Shown here: positions 1-9,929 of the stretch, one piece after another
Numbering within the stretch: position 1 is the first letter of the stretch
Layout: each line of letters begins with the position of its first letter
Virus record (IMG/VR): IMGVR_UViG_3300030118_003168
Span: 53,753-73,752 of that record
Length of the DNA: 20,000 nt
Direction: 5' to 3' (one strand)
DNA from: an uncultured virus (IMG/VR IMGVR_UViG_3300030118_003168)
Lineage: Duplodnaviria > Heunggongvirae > Uroviricota > Caudoviricetes
Made by a program: the position numbers and the translations under genes
The notes under the pieces: model-generated
What the model was told of the DNA's origin: nothing
Databases searched by the model: none
The model's input: only the letters and a program-made list of their open reading frames with translations

Positions 1-3000
1 AAATTTGAACCGAGTTTAGGTAATGAAATAAATCATGGAGTAAAATTCAAATTATTTAAAGGGCCAGCAGTTAATAGTGATTTCATTTCAATCGGTTTAG
101 GAATAAAGAAGGATTTACAAAATTCACTACAAGTAGCCCGACCTTATTTTTGGTTTAATAGAGATGTGAATGAATTAGAAAGCAATACTAAACATTTTAT
201 TAGAGTTAAAGAAATAACAGTCGGAACATCTTTGAATCTATCAACAAGCAGTTCTGATACAACATTCTTAGTTTCTCAAAATTATGCTAATGAAATCAAA
301 GACTATGGTAAATTTACTTTAAAAACAAAATTAGTAGATAATTTAAGAAATTTAGATATTGAAGGCTTTACTCCAATAACATTTACTGGAGATATGCATG
401 CTGTAAATCATCCTGATGAAATAAGAAATATTACTGGCATTAGTTCTGGAACTATCAATGATTTATTATATAGAGGAATAGTCAGAAACAATGTTCCTGA
501 TGGAACTTATGTTACAGAAATTTTAAGTTCTAATTCAATTCGTATTTCTCAAAATGTTACTGCGGCAGTTTCTACAACCTCCTTTACTGTAAGTCATTCT
601 AATGAAAGCCATGCATTAGCATCAAATGATTTAACAGATTATGAAACTTCTTTCTTTAATGCAAGAAGAGACGCTGATGATTTGATTTTACCTTCTGCTT
701 CTAATTATACATCAAGAGGTCCGACAAGATATTTACACTATGATTTTTCAAAAGACAAAGCAAATTATAGTTATAATGTTATTGACTTAAAAATTAATGA
801 ATCTATTAAAGGAAAAACTTCTTTTTCTGAAACACAGATTGCAGACATGATGAAAATATATCCCAATAAACTAGAATTACACAGTCCTATGAGGGCAAGA
901 CAAAGATTAAGTAGAGATAAGTTGAATAAATTTGTTGATACTGGTTTAAGTGTAGGAGCAAACGGAATGCTTACAGGTAATGATGGTTTGGGCAATCAAA
1001 TAGTTTCTGTTCATATTGTAAATGTTAATAGTTATTTTACAACAGGAGAAGAAATAAAAATAGAAGATAGATTATATATAATTTTATCTATAAATTCAGG
1101 AACAAATACTATTACCCTATTACAAGCAGATACTACTATTGATGGTTCACCTAACACTTATTCTCGACTTGAAACAGAATCATCTTATACAGATATTGGA
1201 ACACCTACAATTAATGTGGGAGATTCTGTTTTTAGAAGAGCATATAGTCCTTTTAATAAAACTCTTATTAATAGTTTTGATTTAATTAGCAATAGGCATG
1301 AAGACTTATATTTGATTACTACTTCCCAAAATGCTACATATAATTATTTTAAATGTAGTGCGATAGATGCAAGTAATAATCTACTTACATTTACTGTTAA
1401 TTTAGATAAATATTTAGAAGAAGGATTACATTTAAATAATGACTACTATTTGTATTATGAAAAATTAAATGGAACAATAGAAGTATTAGACTATTATAGA
1501 ACAGATGGACAAAGCATAATGAGAGTAGAGGGTAGAGATATTATGAGTAAGATATTGTCTCCCGTTGTAAATAATGATACTTTATTTAGTGAAGACATAA
1601 TTTATTCTTCTTTTGGAACAATTAATCACTTAGAACAAATAGGTTTTGTTGAAGCAAGTTTCAATAGTCAAGTTATTAATATAAAAGATACTTCAAATGT
1701 TTCTGCTTCAATCACCTTAATTGCAGGAGACAAATTATATGTTCGTAGTAAATCAAACTTCTTTAAGCCATTAGGCACAGTTTTAACAGGCAATACAGGA
1801 AATCAATTTAATTTAGAAAGAGAAAGTAATGTTGAATGTGGCGGAGACACTTTTACAAATGGCGGTGTATTTGAATTATATAAAGCAGTAAAAAATGGTA
1901 GTCAGCCCGTTAAGAATTATATATTTAATAAAGCATTATCAAGTAATATACTGGTTGATTCAGTTACCTCTTTATCGGGAAGTTCAAACAAAGGATTATA
2001 TTTTACTTCAGGAGTTTCTTTAAATAATTTAGGTAATGATGATACTCCTTTAGTTAATACTTCTTCATCAACTGATTCAAGAGCAATAGGTTATCATATA
2101 AGTAAAGTTAGCGGTGATATTGACGGTGCAGACTATCAATGTGTTTTAGGAGATGGGGCATCAACTGAATCACACGAAAATATATTAACAATAAATACTT
2201 TGATGGATTTTTCTGTTATATCTGTAAAAGAAAACGATGGCGGGAAAATAATAGAAATTGCTCCTTATATTCCAGCAACTCTAGGAAGACTAGAATCTAA
2301 CTTAGCAAACAACTATGATGCTACAAAAACTTCAATTGGATTTACTTTAGGAGATGCTTTGATAACAGATTTACAAAATTTTATTAATGTTTCTAGTTCT
2401 GATAGTTCATATGTTGCACTTTCAGAATTATTTATCAGAAGAAATGATTCTGTATTCATTAATGATAGATTTGTTGGTTTTGCCTTAGAACAGCATTTAT
2501 CAGAAAATCATTGTTTTATTGTATTAGATAGACAGGTATTTTATGAAACAGGTCAAACTGTTACAATTATTCATAATAGATTTGGTCTTAGTAAAGGAAC
2601 ATTAGGTGATGGCCCAAGTTCTGATAATAAAAATACTCATGAATTAGAATTGATAAATGTAGGACACTTACACGGAGGTAAAATTATTTCTAATGTGTTT
2701 GATTATGAATCAGTTAATGGATTAAGAACCTTTGATTTTGGTTTAAAATATAATGATGGTAGCGAAATAACTTCTTTTGAAAAGTTTGGTAATCCCAGTT
2801 ATGCGATATATAGTCTTGAAAAAGGAGATAATACTAATTATGCTGCCAGTTATAAAGTTAATTTTCATAGAGATACTTATGCTAAAGTTAAAAGTAGATT
2901 GGTAGATTCATCTAATATTTATAACCATTTACCAATTGAAGGCAGGGGATTTTACACCCCTACTTATTCTAATTTTGATGATAAACAAATAGGAGTATCA

Positions 3001-6000
3001 AGCACCCTTCAAACATACGGTTATCCTTCTACTTTCCCATTTATTATTGCTAGTGGAAATGTCTTTTCAACAGCCGCAAACGCACAATTAGTCGCAGGTA
3101 AATTCAATACAAATACTTCTCAAAATATACAGATTAGGAAAAAATCGGTTGATAGAATGTTTTTATTTGTTAATTCAGATGAGAACCCTTACCATGAAAA
3201 TAGATTAGACAGTTTGTGTAATCCTTTAAGAACCAGAAATATTTCTGATTATGGAATAGTTGGTTTATTGCCTCTCAAGAATACAAATACTCAAGATGAC
3301 AATAATCAAGATATAAACACCCAAAGACACACTAATGTAGATGAAGAATATTCTTTTTCTAATATTGTTTCTTCTGATAAAAGCATAAATTCTTTAATGA
3401 ATGTAGGTATTATGAGATTAACAGAAGTCGTAGTTGATTGGTCTTTTAATCAAATAGACCCCGAAGATATTCAAGATGAAATGATTACTGATGCGGCAGT
3501 AAAAGAAATTTTTACACCAATAACATTAGAAGAAGATGGTGTTGCGATTTATGCTCAAGCAGGAAGTTATAATGTAGGTGGCAACCCAAGCAGCATACAA
3601 TTTTATGATGCTCCTACTGGCGGAAATATTGTCAATTTCGCTTCAACCCTTGTAGAAGCGGGAGATGCTATAATTGCTGATGGAACAGGATTTTTAATTG
3701 GTTTTTGTTTAAACAACAACCCCAATTCATTAATGTCAGATGCTTTGTTTGCTAATTCAAGTAAAAGTGCATATTACATAGGAGAAGTTAAAAAAATTAA
3801 AAAGGCTAATATTGCAGGAAGCGATTTAAAAGGAAGACAAAAAGATACTTTCATGGGCTTTGATGATACATTAAGTATGTTAAGAACAGGATATTTCAAT
3901 AGTCCTGCCCATACTTCTACACAAAAGCAATTAGTTCTTGATAATAACTCATTGTTGCCTATTCATGCTCATAGCGGAGGTAGCACACCTGCTGAATCAT
4001 TAAGTTGGTTTGCTTTACAATTTAATGATAGTAACGGAAATAAAGTCGGTTTCTTTTTTTGGTTTAATGTAGAAAATTCTGACGGTAATCAAATAGATAC
4101 TATTCCTGCTGAATACGCTAACAATTTTTCGCCTCATTCCGATGGCATAACATATACTTCTGTTGAAATACAATTATCAAACGGATATAGTTCAACCGAC
4201 TTTCATGCGGCTTTAGCAACGGCTTTTGATTCTGTTAATTTAAGAACAAATCATGTTTTTGGCGGAAATCAAGCAAATGATTCTGATGCCGCTACTTATG
4301 GTGGAACAACGGTTACTCAATTAAGAACAAAAAGAGCCGCACCAAGTAATTTTTATCAAACCACTTCCACACTTAATCATCACCCCGATTCTACCGTTAC
4401 TACGGTAAATGTAGATATTACCGCAGATAATACAGGATGGGGTGGCAATCCAAGTGCATATTACAATAAATGGAGTGAGATTCTAGGAGGGCAAATAAAT
4501 AATTATGTTTCAATACCAAGAAAAGGAGGAACTTATTTACCAGTTTCTATTACAACTCAATATACTTCTACTCCTACATTTTATTCAGATATATTAACTA
4601 ATATTGCAGGCTCTCCTTTATCTACTTCTTTTGCTGATATTTCTACAACAGATGTTAATGAGTTAAAATATACTGATTTTATACCAGTAGCACTAAGAGG
4701 ATTTGTAATAGAAGACTCAAAAGGTAAAAAGAAAATAAATGCTGGCGAATCATTTCCTAAAATTAAATCACTATTTAGAAAAAATATTAGCAGTTCTCAT
4801 ACTATATTTGGTTTAACTTCAGAATACTCTACTTGGTTTAATAAATATAAATATTATATGGATGCAGGAGTAACAAAAGAAGAAAATGCAGATTTACCAA
4901 ATGAAGGGAATGGTTTAAAAATAGGATTTAAACCCAGATTAGATGCTTCTTTAGCGACTCTAATTTCAGGAACTCAAAGAAGTAATTCAGGAAATAGAAT
5001 ATATAATTATTCTTTTAATACTAATAATACTAAATTATCTTGGTTAAGAGATTTAGACTTAACTGGTTGTTATTTAGTTAGAGTAAGCGGAACTAATATT
5101 GATAATAACTATTTTGTAGAAGGCTTTGGTTTCGCCTATGTTATTTCACATGAAATAGACCCAAGCGATTCTAATAAAGTAATCTTAACTACTTCAACAA
5201 ATTTAGGCCCGAATACATATAGAATACTACAACCTAATCATACTTGTTTTTATGACTTTACTCCGACTCAAATAAATATAGGCCAACTTTCAAGTTCTTA
5301 TACAAAAAAGCCCAAGATAGATGAATGCTATGAAGATTCTTTGAAAAGCCATGCACTTGATGATGTAAGCATGGATAATGATAGTATTAACGACCAAGAA
5401 GCAATAGGTTCAGTATATGTTTTAATTGACTTAACAGGTGATGTTTCGTCTGGTGATAAAATAATAAATACTAGCATGAGAAGAGAATTTTTCGATAATT
5501 TACCCACTACAATTTGTTTAAGTGACGGAGAAGAAACTTTCAAAACAGGAATGCAATCTAACAGTTTTAGTCTTACATTTGATAGTCTGAAAGAATTAAA
5601 AGGAATAGTTAGCCTTAGTGAAATAATTACTTTAAATGTAGGGAAAAATTTTAACAAAGATAGCAAACGATGTTTGATAGGAAATACTGTAAATATTGTT
5701 CAAGAATCTGAAGAACTGGCTAAAAGTTTATTAGAAAAAGAAAACATAAGTTTCACTTCTATAAATGAACCTAGTTATCCTTTATTTACTGCTCCTAACT
5801 TTCAAGGAAATGATTTGTTATCCGCTACTAGATTTTTATTAGGTAAAAAAGATAGAGATATTGAAGTTATTGATGGTAATTTTGTGATTGATGATGAAGA
5901 AGCGACTAATAAATATGCAAATGTATTATTATCAGAAAACAGTAAATATCAAATATATGAATTTGAAAAACAAAAAACGACCTTTTCTTTCTATAATGAA

Positions 6001-6606
6001 GTCATTGTTTATGGTAGTTCGCATAAATCAATTAAAAAAGATTTACGAAGCGTTAAAAAGATAGGAAGAAAAACATTAGAAGTGTTTGATAATAAATTAA
6101 TTACTCAAGAAGATGTGGATAAAGAAGCAAGAGAACTATTGAAACTGCACTCTCAATTAAATGAGTCGTATAAAGTCACGGTATCAACAACGGGATTAGA
6201 ACAAATAAAAAGCGGAGACATAATACAATTTGAACTTAAAAGAGAAAATGTAGATAGAGATGAATATATTATATTATCCGTAGAACATAGACTCTCTAAT
6301 CTTATGGAATTAGAATTAGGAAAATATGCTAAATCATTGGATGATAGATTAGTAGAAATTTTACAGGAAACTAAAGATACTAAATCTCACTTAAGAAGTA
6401 AACAATTCGCTGAAAAAACAGAAACCATTGAAACCTTAGATACTATTAAAATTAAGGAAATAAGAACATTAATAAGAAAAAGAAGCACTACTGGAAATCC
6501 TCTCACGCTTGGCTTTGGAACAAATCTAAATACAAGTAGCGTTGAACTAGGATTTGAGGGTGGGCAAACTATCACGATTACAAATTTAAGGGAGGAAAAC
6601 ATATGA
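1..6606 (+). CDS. Very large virion tail protein with baseplate/tail hub-like segments; 5' end lies outside the window (>2200 aa)
   Basis: Frame 1 is open from base 1 (KFEPSLGNEINHGVKFKLFKGP...), so GTG at 166 is probably not the true start. Rich in N/S/T/G. Segment 'LNGTIEV...MRVEGRDIMSKIL' and C-terminal 'NEVIVYG...SVKKIGRKTLEVFDNKL...AREL...IKSGDII...YIILSVEH...ELELG' resemble phage tail hub proteins. Followed by tail fibre-like genes. Confidence 0.7.
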   Translation, partial: KFEPSLGNEINHGVKFKLFKGPAVNSDFISIGLGIKKDLQNSLQVARPYFWFNRDVNELESNTKHFIRVKEITVGTSLNLSTSSSDTTFLVSQNYANEIKDYGKFTLKTKLVDNLRNLDIEGFTPITFTGDMHAVNHPDEIRNITGISSGTINDLLYRGIVRNNVPDGTYVTEILSSNSIRISQNVTAAVSTTSFTVSHSNESHALASNDLTDYETSFFNARRDADDLILPSASNYTSRGPTRYLHYDFSKDKANYSYNVIDLKINESIKGKTSFSETQIADMMKIYPNKLELHSPMRARQRLSRDKLNKFVDTGLSVGANGMLTGNDGLGNQIVSVHIVNVNSYFTTGEEIKIEDRLYIILSINSGTNTITLLQADTTIDGSPNTYSRLETESSYTDIGTPTINVGDSVFRRAYSPFNKTLINSFDLISNRHEDLYLITTSQNATYNYFKCSAIDASNNLLTFTVNLDKYLEEGLHLNNDYYLYYEKLNGTIEVLDYYRTDGQSIMRVEGRDIMSKILSPVVNNDTLFSEDIIYSSFGTINHLEQIGFVEASFNSQVINIKDTSNVSASITLIAGDKLYVRSKSNFFKPLGTVLTGNTGNQFNLERESNVECGGDTFTNGGVFELYKAVKNGSQPVKNYIFNKALSSNILVDSVTSLSGSSNKGLYFTSGVSLNNLGNDDTPLVNTSSSTDSRAIGYHISKVSGDIDGADYQCVLGDGASTESHENILTINTLMDFSVISVKENDGGKIIEIAPYIPATLGRLESNLANNYDATKTSIGFTLGDALITDLQNFINVSSSDSSYVALSELFIRRNDSVFINDRFVGFALEQHLSENHCFIVLDRQVFYETGQTVTIIHNRFGLSKGTLGDGPSSDNKNTHELELINVGHLHGGKIISNVFDYESVNGLRTFDFGLKYNDGSEITSFEKFGNPSYAIYSLEKGDNTNYAASYKVNFHRDTYAKVKSRLVDSSNIYNHLPIEGRGFYTPTYSNFDDKQIGVSSTLQTYGYPSTFPFIIASGNVFSTAANAQLVAGKFNTNTSQNIQIRKKSVDRMFLFVNSDENPYHENRLDSLCNPLRTRNISDYGIVGLLPLKNTNTQDDNNQDINTQRHTNVDEEYSFSNIVSSDKSINSLMNVGIMRLTEVVVDWSFNQIDPEDIQDEMITDAAVKEIFTPITLEEDGVAIYAQAGSYNVGGNPSSIQFYDAPTGGNIVNFASTLVEAGDAIIADGTGFLIGFCLNNNPNSLMSDALFANSSKSAYYIGEVKKIKKANIAGSDLKGRQKDTFMGFDDTLSMLRTGYFNSPAHTSTQKQLVLDNNSLLPIHAHSGGSTPAESLSWFALQFNDSNGNKVGFFFWFNVENSDGNQIDTIPAEYANNFSPHSDGITYTSVEIQLSNGYSSTDFHAALATAFDSVNLRTNHVFGGNQANDSDAATYGGTTVTQLRTKRAAPSNFYQTTSTLNHHPDSTVTTVNVDITADNTGWGGNPSAYYNKWSEILGGQINNYVSIPRKGGTYLPVSITTQYTSTPTFYSDILTNIAGSPLSTSFADISTTDVNELKYTDFIPVALRGFVIEDSKGKKKINAGESFPKIKSLFRKNISSSHTIFGLTSEYSTWFNKYKYYMDAGVTKEENADLPNEGNGLKIGFKPRLDASLATLISGTQRSNSGNRIYNYSFNTNNTKLSWLRDLDLTGCYLVRVSGTNIDNNYFVEGFGFAYVISHEIDPSDSNKVILTTSTNLGPNTYRILQPNHTCFYDFTPTQINIGQLSSSYTKKPKIDECYEDSLKSHALDDVSMDNDSINDQEAIGSVYVLIDLTGDVSSGDKIINTSMRREFFDNLPTTICLSDGEETFKTGMQSNSFSLTFDSLKELKGIVSLSEIITLNVGKNFNKDSKRCLIGNTVNIVQESEELAKSLLEKENISFTSINEPSYPLFTAPNFQGNDLLSATRFLLGKKDRDIEVIDGNFVIDDEEATNKYANVLLSENSKYQIYEFEKQKTTFSFYNEVIVYGSSHKSIKKDLRSVKKIGRKTLEVFDNKLITQEDVDKEARELLKLHSQLNESYKVTVSTTGLEQIKSGDIIQFELKRENVDRDEYIILSVEHRLSNLMELELGKYAKSLDDRLVEILQETKDTKSHLRSKQFAEKTETIETLDTIKIKEIRTLIRKRSTTGNPLTLGFGTNLNTSSVELGFEGGQTITITNLREENI

Positions 6607-6941
6607 TAACTAATGAATTAAAAAGTTATTTGGCAGGACAATTAAAAGCAAGAATAGATACAGCACAGATAGGATTTGGAGGAAATAGCACAAGTCCTTC
6701 ACAAAATACATTAGATGTTCCTAGTGGTTTTTCTACTTCAATAGTTAAATCAGATTCAGATGAAAATGTTATTGAAGTAAAAGTTTCTATTGCTGGTTCT
6801 CTACTTACTGGTTCAGTTACTAGAGAAATGGGATTGTTTGATTCTTCAAATAATTTACTTAGTAGAATTAATTTTGAAGGAGTCGGCCCTTTTGCAAGTA
6901 ATGAAACATTAGAGATATTTTTATTAATTGAGGTAGATTAA
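6603..6941 (+). CDS. Small tail protein resembling the tail-collar/fibre N-terminal domain (DUF3751-like)
   Basis: 112 aa, ATGA overlap with the upstream stop, GGAGGA at 6591-6596. Motif 'TREMGLFDSSNNLLSR' resembles the REiGLfd..g.L.a signature of tail-collar fibre domains. Confidence 0.6.
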   Translation: MITNELKSYLAGQLKARIDTAQIGFGGNSTSPSQNTLDVPSGFSTSIVKSDSDENVIEVKVSIAGSLLTGSVTREMGLFDSSNNLLSRINFEGVGPFASNETLEIFLLIEVD

Positions 6942-6942
6942 G

Positions 6943-9081
6943 ATGACTGTAACAAACCCTAAATTTTTTGGACAAAGCACGACTGGAACTCCTAATCAAG
7001 TAGAAGATTCCGTAGATTTCCCGCATACTGGTTTATTAAAAGCATTAAGCACCGCTTCTTCAGGAAGATATGCTTTATCAGGATTTAATATTACACCCGC
7101 AGGAACAACTGGAATTACTGTTGCTGCTGGAGAAATTCTATATAACGGTAAAGTTACAACAGTTAATGGTGCTTCTCTTACTTTAAATGCTACTTACACA
7201 AATGGTTATCATTTACTTGTAGCACCAAGACCTACTAATGAAGACGGAAACGGAGCAACTCCATTAACTTCAACCGTTGTTCTAAGAAATCCTACTGCTG
7301 CAAATAAAGTGGCAGAATATACTTTAGGAGATACAATTATTGCAGTTATTACTCATACTGGTTCAGACCCTCATATTCAATATTTAACTTATGATAAAAC
7401 TTCTCAAGCGTTCAGTATTGCACATGATAATTCAATAGATGGAACAGGAACAACATATACCGAAATGGGAACTATTGAGGCTACTGCTACTGGAATAGTG
7501 ATTCAACAAGATTCTGCAACTAACTTAGGAAACATACAAATCAAAAACAATGACCAAGATAGAGATATTATTTTTACTATGGACGATGGAGGCGTTGAAA
7601 AATCAATTACATTAAATGCTGATATTGCTACTGCTCAATTTGGTGATTTCAGTATTACTACAAATGGCTCAGTAACCGCTAATGGAGTTACATTAACAGG
7701 TGGAGGAACAGTTACTAATCATGGTGCGGATAGATTAATTACTTCAGGAGCAGCAAATACAGATTTAATTGGTGAATCAAATTTAACATTTAATGGTTCA
7801 ACTAATACTTTAGCAGTTACAGGAGGAATTACTGGAACAACTCTTGAAACAACTGGTTTAATTACAACAACTGCAAATAACATTACTGCTCCTGCTGGTT
7901 CAGTTTCAGCAGTTTCAATTGGTGCTGGAACAAACGGATTATCTAATTTAGGTAAATATACTCAATCACAAGAATTAGCGGCTGATGCTGCTTCGGGATT
8001 TGGAATTACTACTCATGGTCATGTTAGTATATCAGAAGCATTAACACCCGCTAATCTAATTAATTGTTCTAAAGAACACTATTATGTTGGATTAGATACA
8101 CAAGCACAAGCGACTCATTCAGGTCAAGGAACTCCAATTTCACCCACAGGAATAAATGCTGTAACAGAATATGGATTATTAACAAAAGCAAATGAAGCAA
8201 ATAGGCTTGCTAGTGATGCACTTGCTCATACATATAATGTAGATGATGTATTTGGCGGCCATACTTTCTTTGTAGGGATTCAAAGACCTGAATCTCATGT
8301 AGGAGGAACAGTTAGTATTACTAACATTACTGCTTTTTATCTTTATGTTGTTGTAGGAAATGAATCTGCTGGTGACCCTTCATTATATGAACAAAGAAGA
8401 AGAATGAATGGAGGTCTTTGGAAATCTGTTCATACTGTTACTGGTTTTAATCATGTAGGAAATACTCGTTGTGTTAGTATGAGTAATATACTTCTTGGTG
8501 GTGCTTTACACACATCAACTTTTTATGATATTTCTACATCATTTGGCGGTGATTTAGATGCTATTTTAGTTAAACCAAGAGAAACAATTACCTTATCTTC
8601 TCTTGAAATAACAGGAGAAGGAGGCGGAACACACGGACATGATGTATTTCAAGAACAGGGTTTAGCACATGCACAAAGCGGAAATAACGGACAATGGTTT
8701 TTAAAAGGAGTTTCAGGAGGTTCAGGGTTTGCTCATGTAGTAAATATAACTGATGGTTTTTTGCATATTCCTGTTGCTATGACTGGAACAACTTTTATTT
8801 GCACAGGAACAAATCAAATACTATTACCTAATTCTCCGCCAATAGGGACACAATATTCTTTTTTGGTAAAAGCGGGAACAACTTCTTTAAATAGACCTGA
8901 CATAACTAGCGGCATTCCACCTACTAATTTTCATTTATGCCCATCAGCAGTTCAAAATGGGGGACAAGATGAATTTTATGAATTATCTTCATCTTCTTCT
9001 GCATCTCCATTAAGTATTACTGCTGGTAATGGTAAAACAGTAATTTATACATCAAGTCAAAATTGGGAAGTTATTGGGTGA
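6943..9081 (+). CDS. Putative tail fibre protein
   Basis: 712 aa, GAGGT at 6930-6934. G/T/A-rich low-complexity beta-type shaft (LTFNGSTNTLAVTGGITG) and a C-terminal 'ILLPNSPPIGTQYSF...KTVIY...NWEVIG' module typical of fibre tips. Tail-module context. Confidence 0.65.
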   Translation: MTVTNPKFFGQSTTGTPNQVEDSVDFPHTGLLKALSTASSGRYALSGFNITPAGTTGITVAAGEILYNGKVTTVNGASLTLNATYTNGYHLLVAPRPTNEDGNGATPLTSTVVLRNPTAANKVAEYTLGDTIIAVITHTGSDPHIQYLTYDKTSQAFSIAHDNSIDGTGTTYTEMGTIEATATGIVIQQDSATNLGNIQIKNNDQDRDIIFTMDDGGVEKSITLNADIATAQFGDFSITTNGSVTANGVTLTGGGTVTNHGADRLITSGAANTDLIGESNLTFNGSTNTLAVTGGITGTTLETTGLITTTANNITAPAGSVSAVSIGAGTNGLSNLGKYTQSQELAADAASGFGITTHGHVSISEALTPANLINCSKEHYYVGLDTQAQATHSGQGTPISPTGINAVTEYGLLTKANEANRLASDALAHTYNVDDVFGGHTFFVGIQRPESHVGGTVSITNITAFYLYVVVGNESAGDPSLYEQRRRMNGGLWKSVHTVTGFNHVGNTRCVSMSNILLGGALHTSTFYDISTSFGGDLDAILVKPRETITLSSLEITGEGGGTHGHDVFQEQGLAHAQSGNNGQWFLKGVSGGSGFAHVVNITDGFLHIPVAMTGTTFICTGTNQILLPNSPPIGTQYSFLVKAGTTSLNRPDITSGIPPTNFHLCPSAVQNGGQDEFYELSSSSSASPLSITAGNGKTVIYTSSQNWEVIG

Positions 9082-9085
9082 TTAA

Positions 9086-9844
9086 ATGGATAATCCTTTA
9101 TTTCTCGTTACTAAGGGCTTAAAGGCTAAAAAGAAGCGTTTAGGCGGTGGCGGTGGCGGTAGCGGTGCGTTTCCAACAGGAAGTTCGCCCCATGAATTAG
9201 GAATTGTAAGTTTTACAGAAGAAACAGGCTCACCGCCATTTAATACGCATACTATGGCAAGTGTTTTTATTAGAGATTCAGCCACAATTAACCCTTCAAA
9301 TGGTAATCCTATCGGCCATGCTACTGTAAAGAATAGTGGCGGAACAAATATAAATAGCGCAACTCAACCAGAAATAAATGTTGCTGATTATATTGCTACA
9401 ATACTACAAGGAGAAACAGCCCCAAATACAGACGCAAATAGTTTTCCTCATTTAGCAGGAACTAGAATGGAAAGAGGAGAAATACAAATTTCAACTAATA
9501 ATTTTACTGAAGATATATTTTTAATGTTTATGTTTTCAGGATATAATCAATCTGGTTCATTTAATCAGGGTAGTGGAAATGTTAATTTAGCAGTAAATAC
9601 TAGCAATTTAACTATGACACTAGCAAATCCAAATCCATTCAATATAGGTGGAAGCAACCCAATATCGGGTAGGGTTGATATTACATTTCATACTTCATTA
9701 CTTTCAAGCCAACATGAAATTATATTAGAGTTTAAAGCAGATGCAATAGGAAAAGCGGGAACAGGAACAACGGCAACAACATCACCAATTGCAGGAGCAA
9801 CAAAGGTTGGTTCTTGTTATCTTAAAATAGTCTTTACTGCCTGA
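9086..9844 (+). CDS. Putative fibre-associated adhesin/receptor-binding protein
   Basis: 252 aa, GGGTGA at 9076-9081. Short basic N-terminus, poly-Gly linker, then a beta-rich domain. Last gene of the tail operon. Function inferred from position and composition only. Confidence 0.45.
   Translation: MDNPLFLVTKGLKAKKKRLGGGGGGSGAFPTGSSPHELGIVSFTEETGSPPFNTHTMASVFIRDSATINPSNGNPIGHATVKNSGGTNINSATQPEINVADYIATILQGETAPNTDANSFPHLAGTRMERGEIQISTNNFTEDIFLMFMFSGYNQSGSFNQGSGNVNLAVNTSNLTMTLANPNPFNIGGSNPISGRVDITFHTSLLSSQHEIILEFKADAIGKAGTGTTATTSPIAGATKVGSCYLKIVFTA
9143..9166 (+). repeat. (GGCGGT)3 + AGCGGT tandem hexamer encoding a GGGGGGSG linker
   Basis: Read directly: ggcggt ggcggt ggcggt agcggt; GC-rich patch in an AT-rich background. 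Confidence 0.9.
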
Positions 9845-9870
9845 TTTAAGCGAACAAAATTTCCACTAAG

Positions 9871-9929
9871 GGTTAAAAAACCAAAAAAAAAGTTGAGGGG
9901 CTATTGCCCCCCAACGGTTTTTTCTGACC
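9871..9929. terminator. Putative bidirectional terminator between the convergent modules
   Basis: Stem GTTG-A-GGGGC / loop TATT / GCCCC-C-CAAC (9892-9915), preceded by A9 (9883-9891, a U-tract on the - strand) and followed by GGTTTTTT (9916-9923), which can also pair with AAAAAACC (9875-9882). Confidence 0.7.

Noticed and set aside
166..168. GTG at 166 as the start of the giant ORF
   Set aside because: The frame is open from base 1 and there is no SD before 166; the gene probably starts upstream of the window.
771..9285. Minus-strand ORFs 771-995, 5328-5666, 6387-6602 and 9082-9285
   Set aside because: Antisense shadows lying within or almost within long + strand genes, with no motifs.
6943..9844. 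Diversity-generating retroelement acting on the fibre or adhesin genes
   Set aside because: No reverse transcriptase and no template/variable repeat pair noticed in this window by eye.
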